64,000 nucleotides of DNA from positions 195,420 through 259,419 of IMG/VR virus record IMGVR_UViG_3300013094_000017; one strand, 5' to 3'. The notes under the pieces were generated by a model. It made no database searches. It saw only the letters and a program-made list of their open reading frames with translations, and was not told the DNA's origin. The translations under genes and the position numbers were made by a program. Below, piece by piece: positions 45,847 through 55,452 of this stretch (within the stretch, counting starts at the first letter, position 1; each line of letters starts with the position of its first letter).

Positions 45847-48800
45847 TGGCAGTTGTTTGGGAAAATAGAGAAAAGAGTAGATTCTTAGTATCAGGACCTT
45901 TCGATGAAAGTATGCCTAATCTATATGTTATTATTGCTGATTTTGGTTGGTATATCGAGCATACTGACGAAATAGAATATTGGATGGATCAGCATTTGCC
46001 TCAAGGAAGACATCATCGAGAGGGGATGGTTATATCGTTTGATAATCCCAAAGACTGTTCGCATTTCTTATTAAGGTGGATGGTTTGAGTCATTCTGCCT
46101 ATAGAGAAATTACAAAACCTTATTGGGATCATCATGACGATGTATATGCCGATGAAGTAGAAAATGGTTGGGAGCCAAAGTTTACATCTTGGTATCAACA
46201 CACTATTGTAAACGACATTGCCCGTGGTGGATTTGATTGGCATTTTGATACCTACGAACAGATTGCCAAATGGATTCCTGAGAACGTGGAAGATTGGGCT
46301 AACAATGCACAATGGCTCAAGGTCAGTGATTGCATCTATGTTAGATTTAAGCGTGAAAAAGATTATGTTTGGTTTATGTTGAAGTGGGGCTAATATGCCA
46401 AGAAACGGCGAATACGAATTGTTTACCTATAAAGGTACAATTGTCTGCATGGATGACCCGGATATCCCGAGAATAGAATTCTCTGAAGAAATTGCCGAGT
46501 GGATACGTGAGCAAGACCATTTAATGTGGCGTTCATTATCACCGCCCAATCAAGATATATTCTACCTAAAACCTAAACTATATATGATGTGGAAGTTAAA
46601 GTGGGTATGAATGGTTTCCAACAATCAGTACAATCAATAAAGGAAAATTTTGCTTGGTCTACAATCTGTAGCAGCCGAGACTTTAGACATCAAGCTCAAT
46701 GGGTTATTGATAATCTAGGCCCGCAAGGTATTAGATGGGAATATTCTCAAACAAAATACTACTTAAAAACAGAACAAGACAAATTATTATTTCTATTGAG
46801 GTGGAGTTAATGCTAATACCTGTTGAAACTGTACATAAGGCTGTTAGGGATCTCGAATCTCACGGGGATATAACCCAAACTATGTTTGAAGATCGTTATC
46901 GCTGTAGTCTTTGTCCCAGCGATAGTCTAGAGCATTATGATGTTATTTTTGATACACCTCAAGCTGCTATTATGTTTATAATGAAATGGTCATGAGATGA
47001 AAACAATTTGGTTAAAGAGTCCTATTGCAGAACTATGGTGGAAGTTCTGGCCTGGGAAGATCATTGACCTACCGATGCCAGATGGCTTTATGTCTGAAAT
47101 TGTATGGGGTGTTGTAACAGTAGGAACAAATATGTCTGAGCAGTATTACAATATGCTGGTCTGGATGGAAGAACATGTAGGAGTAAAAGGACGTGATTGG
47201 AATTGGCAAATTCATACAACTACTGAATTATTACACTATAAATCTGAAACTAGATTAGCTATTAAACTTCGACGTGGTAAAGAAAAACAAGCAAGTATAA
47301 TAGCATTAAAATTCTCATGATATTAAATCGTACACAATTTGCCATACACTTTAACAATCTGCAACCTGGACTAGGTAATCGCAGTAGTGCCTTATGGAGT
47401 CCCGAAGAATATCTTAGAGTAAACAAATCTGTGGCATTTGTTTGTGTTAAACCTATTAACGTATCGGCGATAGGAAAAATAGTATATTGGAACTGGTGCA
47501 AGAAACACTTACAAGGAAAAGTAGCCTGCTACAGCAGCGATGATATTAACGAAGAAGAATGGTGGGGATTTACTAATCCCGATGATATTGTATTTTGGAT
47601 GCTAAGATGGGCGAACTAATAAACTCAAATACATTCGCTGATAATACAGAGAACTCTAAAGACAGAGAAGATTGGTTACTTAGACGTAACAGATACTGGA
47701 TGAGATTGCGTGCAGTCCATCGTGAGTTTAATGCTCTTAAAGGTGGGAATTACTCAGCAGGTGACGAACTTTTTGTCAAATACCTGCAAGATACCTACGG
47801 AGTTCAAATGCATGTTGAAAACACCCATATTACTGCCCTCTACAATGTAGTAGACAAATCAAAATATCTGTTATTCTTAATGAAATTTGATGTATGAGTT
47901 TTGGCGGCTTTTCGTTACCGTTTATAGGCACTAAAGAGGAATATCAAGAGCTAATGGCCAAACAAGAAATAGCAAAACGTACACTCAATCTGTATAAGAA
48001 TCTATTATGGCGGTATCGTCTTAGGACTGAGATCTCTATCAAGTGGCCCATTGGGTGGACACCACAGGATCATTTGGGCAATAGTGCTGAAAGCTCAGAC
48101 CCTAATGTTTGGTACCGTGATTGGTTTGAACAGCATGCTGGTCGTCAAGGATGGGCATGGGATTGGCGTATTGGTCAAACGCATACTTACGAACTTGATC
48201 CATTAGTTGAGGTGCATGATACATTACGCATTAAGTTTCGTGACCCAAAAATAGCAACCTTGTTTATATTAACTTGGGTAAGATAAATGGCAAAAAGTAG
48301 TTTTGAAGAGAGTCTTGAGGATATGATAATTCAGGAATGGTCTGAAAGTTGGGATCATGCCGTCTTAGATGAGCTATGGGGAAATACACCTAAGACCTAC
48401 AGCATAAAAAAATCTTGGCGTGATCGCAGAGGCAGACAGATGCATCGCATTTCGGTCAGCGGTCGTGTGCTGGAATGGTTAGAAACTACACAGTCACAAT
48501 ACGGTAAATCAAATCCAGAATGGTGGAAGTTCCAAAATGAGATCAACATCACAGATAAGATGTTAAGTATGTTGATACTAAGATGGGGTAAGGAATGATG
48601 TATAAAGTAACAAAATTAGATGGTAGATTTGCTGGATCAGATCGATACAAGTATTACATCAGCCCTAAGGGAAGAACTCCGTTTAATATAGTTAAACCTT
48701 TGTTCAACGATTGGCGCACATGGTGTTGGGCCACATGGGGACCAGCTAGCGAACGTGATTGGTATGCAAATGTTGACTGGGCATGGGATACTGAACACAA

Positions 48801-48864
48801 TCATCTACGCATCTATCTGCGCAGTGATAAACAATTATCTATGTTCCACCTCAAGTGGGGTTAA
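45846..48864 (+). other. tandem run of eleven [KR]W-tail family genes (45846, 46076, 46395, 46589, 46810, 46997, 47317, 47595, 47894, 48287, 48595)
   Basis: ends: FLLRWMV, FMLKWG, WKLKWV, FLLRWS, FIMKWS, IALKFS, WMLRWAN, FLMKFDV, FILTWVR, LILRWGKE, FHLKWG. Confidence 0.75.
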
Positions 48865-48872
48865 ATAGTCGT

Positions 48873-49061
48873 ATGAGCAACTACAACAAAGTACAGAATC
48901 AGATCAAACTGTTAGAAATCAAATTGAATAAATTTAGATTATACGAGCAAGAGATAAGATCAACAGATCAATGGAATACGAGACGTATTGATGATTGTGT
49001 TAAATCTCAGGAGAAATTAGTTGAGATGATCAAGTACTGGCGTGGTAAATTGCCTAGCTAG
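48873..49061 (+). CDS. late coiled-coil small protein
   Basis: TAAATA-N5-ATG at 48862-48875. Confidence 0.55.
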   Translation: MSNYNKVQNQIKLLEIKLNKFRLYEQEIRSTDQWNTRRIDDCVKSQEKLVEMIKYWRGKLPS

Positions 49062-49815
49062 CAGCAAATATTACCTGTGCCGCGCCACTACCTGCTGGCG
49101 CATCTAAGATAGTCCAATCCATGCCCAAGACTGGTGTTTGGTGTATATGGCTACGTGGTATCCAATACTTATCTACATCAATCTTAAGTTGATCAACGAT
49201 ATTGCTAAACACACTGTCCAAACAGATAACTGCCTGAGCGCCTTCGATTACCTTAAGCCAATCAAACACACAATCAGTAATACCTTCTGTGATATTAATC
49301 ACTTGCCAGTCAGCGGGAACATTACTTAGATCTGGTTCACATTTAAACGAACTACCTTCTGTATGAGTTACAATGTAGTTTTTGTTCTTAACTACTCGAT
49401 CATATAGAGCTGTTTCACGTGCAGGATTGCGGGTAATACATTCATCTAATTTCCATTTGTTTAGGAATGGAACACCTGCTTTGGTATATTTGAATTCATC
49501 AAAGTGTTGTATTTGAAAATAAGGAACTTGAGCAAGTTCCGGAACTGCATTAAGACTTTGGTACAAGCAAATAGTTTCTGTTACGCCCAATGCTTTGAGT
49601 CGTTTCATTGGTTCAGAATAAAAGAAATCACCTCGACTATCGACTGGGATTGGAATCCAGTTGACCCAGGGCGCCACATCGCGCACACTGGACCAAAAGG
49701 GTTCACAAATTGGCCAATAAATTTCATTTCCTTGATCTGCATAGTATTTGGCAATAGGAAGACCTATAACTAAATCCCCCAGCCCTCTCGATTGTAGTAT
49801 TCCTAATTTACTCAT
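49054..49815 (-). CDS. GT-B glycosyltransferase, GT9-like
   Basis: SRGLGDLVIGLPIA; VIEGAQAVICLDSVFSNI. Confidence 0.65.
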   Translation of the reverse strand: MSKLGILQSRGLGDLVIGLPIAKYYADQGNEIYWPICEPFWSSVRDVAPWVNWIPIPVDSRGDFFYSEPMKRLKALGVTETICLYQSLNAVPELAQVPYFQIQHFDEFKYTKAGVPFLNKWKLDECITRNPARETALYDRVVKNKNYIVTHTEGSSFKCEPDLSNVPADWQVINITEGITDCVFDWLKVIEGAQAVICLDSVFSNIVDQLKIDVDKYWIPRSHIHQTPVLGMDWTILDAPAGSGAAQVIFAAS

Positions 49816-50028
49816 TAATAATTGTCCATCCATACTGATAAAACATTAGCCTGTCCGTATATAGCATAGGCTTGTTGTGTTGCTTCGTAATTGTTACGGG
49901 CTGAAACTACAGTCTCACCCCAACCACCATTTGGAAAACGATAACGTACCTTAAAGCTAAACATAATATGCCCTTTCTAAGTTAACAGCATAAACATATT
50001 ATAGTATCTATTACCGGTTTTGTCAACC

Positions 50029-50814
50029 TTAAAAGTAGTGTAATCCCGGGTGTTCTTTGAAGTAACATTCATTTCTAGTTATCTCTAAATCTCTACGTGC
50101 TTCACACCAAATTTCCTGATGTCCTAGTCCAATTGCCACGCTGAGCGCCACGCTTTGATTGCCTATAAATGCATCAGCACCTGCGATGTATTCAGCTACT
50201 TCAAGTAGAGAGCCTGTAGGTTGATAAGGAATTTCCCAACCTGTTGCAGATTTAAATGCTTCGTACTCTTCTGGCAAGCCCAAAAAGAATGCTCGATCTT
50301 CAAAACCCTGTAAGGCCCAATCATTCCAAATAGGACTTAACTGAGGTGGTAACCATCGTGCAGTACGATTGATAGCAATGTTACGTCCTTCAACAGTCTT
50401 AATATCTGGTACTGTGAGCCAAGCATTATTTCGTAGTTCTGTTAACACTTCCGGATCTACAATACCAAACGCAGCCCCATATACATCTACATAATTGCCC
50501 GGATGACGAATAAACAGTGGACGAAACTTATCTAGGTTATGTGTGATTTCGTCTACTGAAGGATTTAATTTAGCAAACTTTGTGATATAAGGTTGTGCTT
50601 CTAACAGACCTTTGATGAATTCGTAGTCCGTGTCGTTCATACGCCCTGCATGGAATGAGGGACTTTCTACACCATAATAATGTCGACTAAGAAAGTCAAT
50701 TTGGTCCATGTGTAGATAAAACGCACCACCACCAAAATGTTGTACTATGGGCAAACTGTAGATTAAGTCACCTGTTGTACCGCTATGGACGAAAGAGTTT
50801 GAAGTAATAATCAT
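50029..50814 (-). CDS. GT-B glycosyltransferase, GT9-like (paralogue of 22488-23264)
   Basis: HSGTTGDLIYSLPIV; LLEVAEYIAGADAFIGNQS..LSVAIGLG; AAGGA SD. Confidence 0.65.
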   Translation of the reverse strand: MIITSNSFVHSGTTGDLIYSLPIVQHFGGGAFYLHMDQIDFLSRHYYGVESPSFHAGRMNDTDYEFIKGLLEAQPYITKFAKLNPSVDEITHNLDKFRPLFIRHPGNYVDVYGAAFGIVDPEVLTELRNNAWLTVPDIKTVEGRNIAINRTARWLPPQLSPIWNDWALQGFEDRAFFLGLPEEYEAFKSATGWEIPYQPTGSLLEVAEYIAGADAFIGNQSVALSVAIGLGHQEIWCEARRDLEITRNECYFKEHPGLHYF

Positions 50815-50828
50815 AATATTCCTTAATA

Positions 50829-50897
50829 TATAAATATGTGTAGTTCGCGGGATTGGCGTCCCCAACTACTCTAACAGTTTACAAGGAACTATCAGCA
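50829..50897 (+). promoter_or_regulatory. late promoter plus conserved 5' hairpin (copy 2)
   Basis: TATAAATA-N3-GTAGTT-CGC-GGGA-TTGGCG-TCCC-C-AACTAC-TCTAA...AAGGA...TCAGC-A-ATG. Confidence 0.78.
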
Positions 50898-51689
50898 ATG
50901 ACTATTTACTACCTATATATCAAGACCCACAAAATAACTGGACTTAAATATCTCGGGCAAACATCTGCATCTGATCCGCATAAGTATCCTGGCTCAGGAG
51001 TTGATTGGAAAAATCATCTTAAAGAACACGGATATAACTATACTACTGAAATTCTAAGAGAATGTCAATCAAAAGACGAACGTAGAGAATGGGGATTATA
51101 TTATAGTAATTTATGGAATGTAGTAGAAAGTGAAGAATGGGCTAATCGTATTCCAGAAACTGGCGGCGGTGGCAATATCACCCCAGAAGGTTGTGCAAAA
51201 GCAGTTAATACTAGAAAACAAAAAGGAAGTTATAAACGAAATGAATCTGCTATTGCAAAAGGATTAGAAACAAGATTACTAAAATACGGAACAACAAATA
51301 CCTCAACTCCTGCTGGTATAGTCAAAGGACTTGAAACTAAAAAACGAAATGGAACATCTGGTAATAATTTAACTCCTGAACGTATTGCTAAATGTTTAGA
51401 GACTAAGAAGAAAAATGGTACAATGAATAGCAATACCCCTGAGTCAATTGCTAAAGGACTTAATACTAAAACAATTAACAGAAATACACCAAATTCACCC
51501 ACGGTAATATCTAAGGCACTTGAAACTCGCCGTCGAAATGGCACCATGAATACATCAACTCCTGAATCGATTGCAAAACGAACAGAAACTCGCAAAAAAC
51601 GCATACAAGAAGGTACAGACGGAGTAATAATGAAGGTAGTTTGTCCACATTGTAATAAAGAAGGCGGGCAATCGATTATGGCACTTTGA
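50898..51689 (+). CDS. GIY-YIG-like endonuclease with tandem repeats; C-terminal zinc finger apparently frameshifted
   Basis: YLYIKTH..TGLKYLGQT...YPGSG; seven TPE-x-IAK-x-LET-K/R repeats; WHFDNCK in another frame 51679-51714. Confidence 0.8.
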   Translation: MTIYYLYIKTHKITGLKYLGQTSASDPHKYPGSGVDWKNHLKEHGYNYTTEILRECQSKDERREWGLYYSNLWNVVESEEWANRIPETGGGGNITPEGCAKAVNTRKQKGSYKRNESAIAKGLETRLLKYGTTNTSTPAGIVKGLETKKRNGTSGNNLTPERIAKCLETKKKNGTMNSNTPESIAKGLNTKTINRNTPNSPTVISKALETRRRNGTMNTSTPESIAKRTETRKKRIQEGTDGVIMKVVCPHCNKEGGQSIMAL

Positions 51690-51827
51690 TAATTGCAAAA
51701 ATCGCAATACTTGACAGATCTTGAGCAAGGTGTTATTATATATAAAGTTATCTCAGGGAGGTAAATGGGATAACTAAACTTGCGTCACCAAAATATCGGT
51801 GGTGCTAAACAAAGGGAGGTGCAAAGT

Positions 51828-52349
51828 ATGAGAGTATTTTTCTCAAAGATAGCGGCCTTGGTCGTAGCTCTAACAATATGTATGACAGCTAGAGCGAATG
51901 AAGTAACCGACGTGCAGTTAACACGTCAGCTAACATGTTTAGCACAAAACATTTACCATGAAGCAGGCAGTGAAAGTATTCAAGGTAAAGTGGCTGTAGC
52001 ACAAGTGACAATTAACCGTGCCAACAGTGGTAGATTTCCTAGTACCATATGTGGTGTAGTAAATCAAAAGACAGTCGTAGCAGATAAAACAATCTGCCAG
52101 TTCGATTGGGCCTGTGACCCTATTGCTCTAAACCGCAGAATATATAATGCGGCCTATCAAGAGAGTTACAGGGTAGCAGAGTTAGTTCTACTAGGTGGTA
52201 AGAGAGTAGAAGAGCTAGGCGAAAAGACCATGTATTTTCATAATACACAATCTAATCCACACTGGCCATTGCAACGTATTGCCCGCATAGGCAACCACGT
52301 ATTCTATACCAGTGATACAGAAACAAGAAAGGTAGCATATAATAAATAA
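51828..52349 (+). CDS. SleB-like cell wall hydrolase
   Basis: CLAQNIYHEAG, AVAQVTINR, CQFDW, YFHN, IGNHVFY; signal peptide; GGGAGG SD. Confidence 0.9.
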   Translation: MRVFFSKIAALVVALTICMTARANEVTDVQLTRQLTCLAQNIYHEAGSESIQGKVAVAQVTINRANSGRFPSTICGVVNQKTVVADKTICQFDWACDPIALNRRIYNAAYQESYRVAELVLLGGKRVEELGEKTMYFHNTQSNPHWPLQRIARIGNHVFYTSDTETRKVAYNK

Positions 52350-52353
52350 GACT

Positions 52354-53034
52354 ATGAGAGCTAGAGAATTTATTATTGAAAACAAGCGAGGTACACCAGA
52401 GGTTTTCCTAGATATGGATGGTGTCCTTGCTGACTTTTTTGCAGAGTATGCTAACCTAGCAGGAGTGAAAAGCGGTAGCTATCGTGACATTCCTCCAGCT
52501 AAAGCAGATCCAACGCTACAAAAAATGGTGGGCACTGATTTCTTTGCCCGCCTTCCTAAATTTCCAAGTACTGACAGTCTAGTCAGTATGACAGTAAAGA
52601 TGTTTGGACACTATCATATTTGCAGTAGCCCATTACGTGGCGACTTTGAAGGTAGTGAAAAATACAAAAAGATTTGGATCAAACAACATTTGAATCCACA
52701 ACCAGTAGACATCCTTATTACACCAAACAAAGCCAAATATGCAGTACAAGCAGATGGTACTCCAAACATCTTAATTGATGACCGTGGTAGTAACATCAGT
52801 GCTTGGGAAGCCGCAGGCGGAGTTGGTATTAAATATCAAGCAGATGAAGATGGTCTTGATGTAGTATTAGCAGGCTTCAAGCGTGCAGTAGATATCGTCA
52901 AAGGTCGTATGAAACACGAGCCACAGCAACTGACCAGCAAAGATAGATCAAGTGGCAAACTAATTGCCAAGAGTGGCGATGAAGAAGAACATCCAAGTTC
53001 GCCAGCAGATCTAAAGAATAAAGAAGTAGCATAA
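52354..53034 (+). CDS. HAD-family 5'(3')-deoxyribonucleotidase with head-targeting-like leader
   Basis: FLDMDGVLADF, CSSP, K..W, NILIDDR; N-terminus MRAREFIIE. Confidence 0.85.
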   Translation: MRAREFIIENKRGTPEVFLDMDGVLADFFAEYANLAGVKSGSYRDIPPAKADPTLQKMVGTDFFARLPKFPSTDSLVSMTVKMFGHYHICSSPLRGDFEGSEKYKKIWIKQHLNPQPVDILITPNKAKYAVQADGTPNILIDDRGSNISAWEAAGGVGIKYQADEDGLDVVLAGFKRAVDIVKGRMKHEPQQLTSKDRSSGKLIAKSGDEEEHPSSPADLKNKEVA

Positions 53035-53047
53035 GGTAAATACTTGT

Positions 53048-53755
53048 ATGAGAGCAAATGAATTAATATCAGAAATGGGTTGGGGCGCAGACAGCCAAAA
53101 AGCAGGCACTGAACAAAATGCCCGTGATTGGGAACATGTTATGGCCAAACATACTAACAGTAGCCCAGAGGTCAAAACAATCTTAAAGATGCTACGCCAA
53201 GGCAATTGGAAAGCAGCCTACGCTGAGAAAGAAGCCCTAGGTAACGGTGGCAAGAGTGTTGACTTTTGGCTAGCACATGCCAAGAAACAAGGCTATACAG
53301 AATCACTTGAAAAACGTCTTGCAGAAGAAATCGATCAAGACGAGTATACCAACGAAGCAGACATGGTGCAGAGTAATTTACACACTATTATCCGTATGGC
53401 AGAAGAATTAAGCAAGATCCTAGAAGTTAACGAAGATATGGCAGAATGGGCTCAAGAAAAGATTGCCGTGGTTAAATCTATGATTGTTACTGTTGGAGAT
53501 TATATCATCAGCCAACATGAACAGGGTAATGTACAACATACAGACGAAGAATTTGAACTAGATGAAAAGACATCACCTAAACTATGCCGCAGTGGTAAAC
53601 GTCTAGGACGTAGCGACTATTCAAGTTGCGTATCACAAGGGTTAAGAGCCCACACATCAAAAGGTAAAGGCCATACAGATGGACATGGCAACTATCTAAA
53701 AGGTAAGAAAGCCAAAAGTACTAGATACGGTGGCGATGTACCTGACTACAGCTAA
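53048..53755 (+). CDS. probable internal head protein
   Basis: MRANELISE leader; several x-x-E cleavage-like sites; TAAATA-N5-ATG. Confidence 0.55.
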   Translation: MRANELISEMGWGADSQKAGTEQNARDWEHVMAKHTNSSPEVKTILKMLRQGNWKAAYAEKEALGNGGKSVDFWLAHAKKQGYTESLEKRLAEEIDQDEYTNEADMVQSNLHTIIRMAEELSKILEVNEDMAEWAQEKIAVVKSMIVTVGDYIISQHEQGNVQHTDEEFELDEKTSPKLCRSGKRLGRSDYSSCVSQGLRAHTSKGKGHTDGHGNYLKGKKAKSTRYGGDVPDYS

Positions 53756-53854
53756 CACAAATAATCAAGCCCATTTAGGGCTTGACTTATATCTGCATCT
53801 ATGCTACTATTATGTTATAAATATCTTTAGTAAACCTTTTCAAGGAGTAAGATA

Positions 53855-54193
53855 ATGAAAAAACTATTAGTAGCTCTAGTATTAACAATGTTCGCAACAT
53901 CAGCAATGGCACATGGATACGGTCGCGGAGGATATTATGGCGGGTACCACGGTGGATACGGTGGCGGTTATGGTTGGGTCGCACCATTAGCAATCGGCGG
54001 GTTGATTGGATATGAATTATCACAACCACGAACAGTCGTAGTTACACCTCCTCCTGTGGTATATCAACAACAACCTATTATCGTACAACAAGCCCCTAGT
54101 GTGTTGCCTCCAGCACCGTACGGTTATCACTACGAAAATATGTTAGATGCTAATTGTAACTGCTATAAAACTGTGTTAGTAGTCAATCAATAA
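53855..54193 (+). CDS. secreted Gly/Tyr/Pro-rich protein
   Basis: signal peptide, [11 protein letters not shown], glycine-zipper, PPPVVYQQ. Confidence 0.65.
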   Translation: MKKLLVALVLTMFATSAMAHGYGRGGYYGGYHGGYGGGYGWVAPLAIGGLIGYELSQPRTVVVTPPPVVYQQQPIIVQQAPSVLPPAPYGYHYENMLDANCNCYKTVLVVNQ

Positions 54194-54525
54194 TGGTACC
54201 TACAATAACAGTAACTGAATCAGCAGTTAATAAAGTAAGCAAACTATTAGCCGACGAAGGTAATCCCAATCTTAAACTACGCATCTTTGTCGAAGGTGGC
54301 GGATGCACAGGATTCCAATATGGATTTACCTTTGAAGAAAATCAAAACGATGATGACTTTGTTATCACTCAAAATGAAGTTACATTCTTAGTTGATACTA
54401 TGAGCTATCAGTATATGGTTGGTTCGGAAATAGATTATACAGAAAGTCTAATGGGTAGCCAATTCCAAATACGTAATCCTAATAGTATCGGAACTTGCGG
54501 TTGCGGAAGTAGTTTCGCAGTATAA
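54193..54525 (+). CDS. erpA: A-type Fe-S cluster carrier (ErpA/IscA/HesB)
   Basis: [19 protein letters not shown] ... CGCGSSF. Confidence 0.92.
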   Translation: MVPTITVTESAVNKVSKLLADEGNPNLKLRIFVEGGGCTGFQYGFTFEENQNDDDFVITQNEVTFLVDTMSYQYMVGSEIDYTESLMGSQFQIRNPNSIGTCGCGSSFAV

Positions 54526-54770
54526 TGCTATATCAAGCACTGAAACCATATTCTATCCTATTGCAACATGACGAAACTCGCGACCTAGATGCGGGCCTCG
54601 GAATGATGTTGCTTCCCGAAGACAATTCTAAAGTATTTCTACATTGGATGAATGGAGATAAACTCCGTGCCAGCTACACAATGAGCAAGGCCACTAAGGT
54701 CTATGAAACTGTACGTTTAATCAACGCATCGAAACGTGTAATTGAGATTAAAATATTTGATCTTGGTTGA
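54525..54770 (+). CDS. hypothetical protein
   Basis: coupled to erpA. Confidence 0.5.
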   Translation: MLYQALKPYSILLQHDETRDLDAGLGMMLLPEDNSKVFLHWMNGDKLRASYTMSKATKVYETVRLINASKRVIEIKIFDLG

Positions 54771-55452
54771 CACGTTTGAGTTTACAGTTTTCAAAATGCC
54801 AGCGTTTCATATTACATCTGCTACCCGTTTTGTTACAGTAAGGACAAGTAACCTTTATCTGGGAAGGATGAGTTCCGTTCTCCAATTGCTTACGTACAAC
54901 ATCGCCGCCTAATAGATTATGCGTCCCATTTGCTACTCTTTTCAAATTATTTTGTAGCTTATAGTCGCCATTAAGAAATAGATGAGTCCCGTCTGCAATT
55001 CTTTTTTGATTAGTTTTAGATTGCAGTTCTCCGCCAAGGAACGGATGTGTTCCGTTTTCTATTCTTTTCTGATTTGACTTACGTGCTACTTCGCCACCTA
55101 CCCAGGGATGGGTTCCAGATTCTACCCGTCTAAGATTTTCTCTTGTCGCTGATATTGAGTCTACTCCGTCTCCGGTTTCGGGTTTAAGATTAGCCCACAG
55201 TTTCTTTCCTAACTCATCTCTTGCCTCAACAATATCCCATAGATTGCTATAGTAGGTACCTAAGCGTTTTATTTCTTTCTTTGAGTCACATTCGTGTAGT
55301 ATATCGGTGGTGTAATCATTGCCGTGTACCTTGAGATGATCTAACCAATATGATCCGCTCCCTTTATATCTGTGAGGATCCTTTGATTTTGTTTGTCCGA
55401 GATATTTCAATCCGGTTTTATTATGTGTCTTTATGTATAGATAAATAGGCAA
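54748..55452 (-). CDS. GIY-YIG-like endonuclease with GTH repeats and C-terminal zinc finger
   Basis: YLYIKTHNKTGLKYLGQT...YKGSG; five GTH repeats; CPYC...KRWHFENCK. Confidence 0.8.
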   Translation of the reverse strand: MPIYLYIKTHNKTGLKYLGQTKSKDPHRYKGSGSYWLDHLKVHGNDYTTDILHECDSKKEIKRLGTYYSNLWDIVEARDELGKKLWANLKPETGDGVDSISATRENLRRVESGTHPWVGGEVARKSNQKRIENGTHPFLGGELQSKTNQKRIADGTHLFLNGDYKLQNNLKRVANGTHNLLGGDVVRKQLENGTHPSQIKVTCPYCNKTGSRCNMKRWHFENCKLKRVNQDQIF

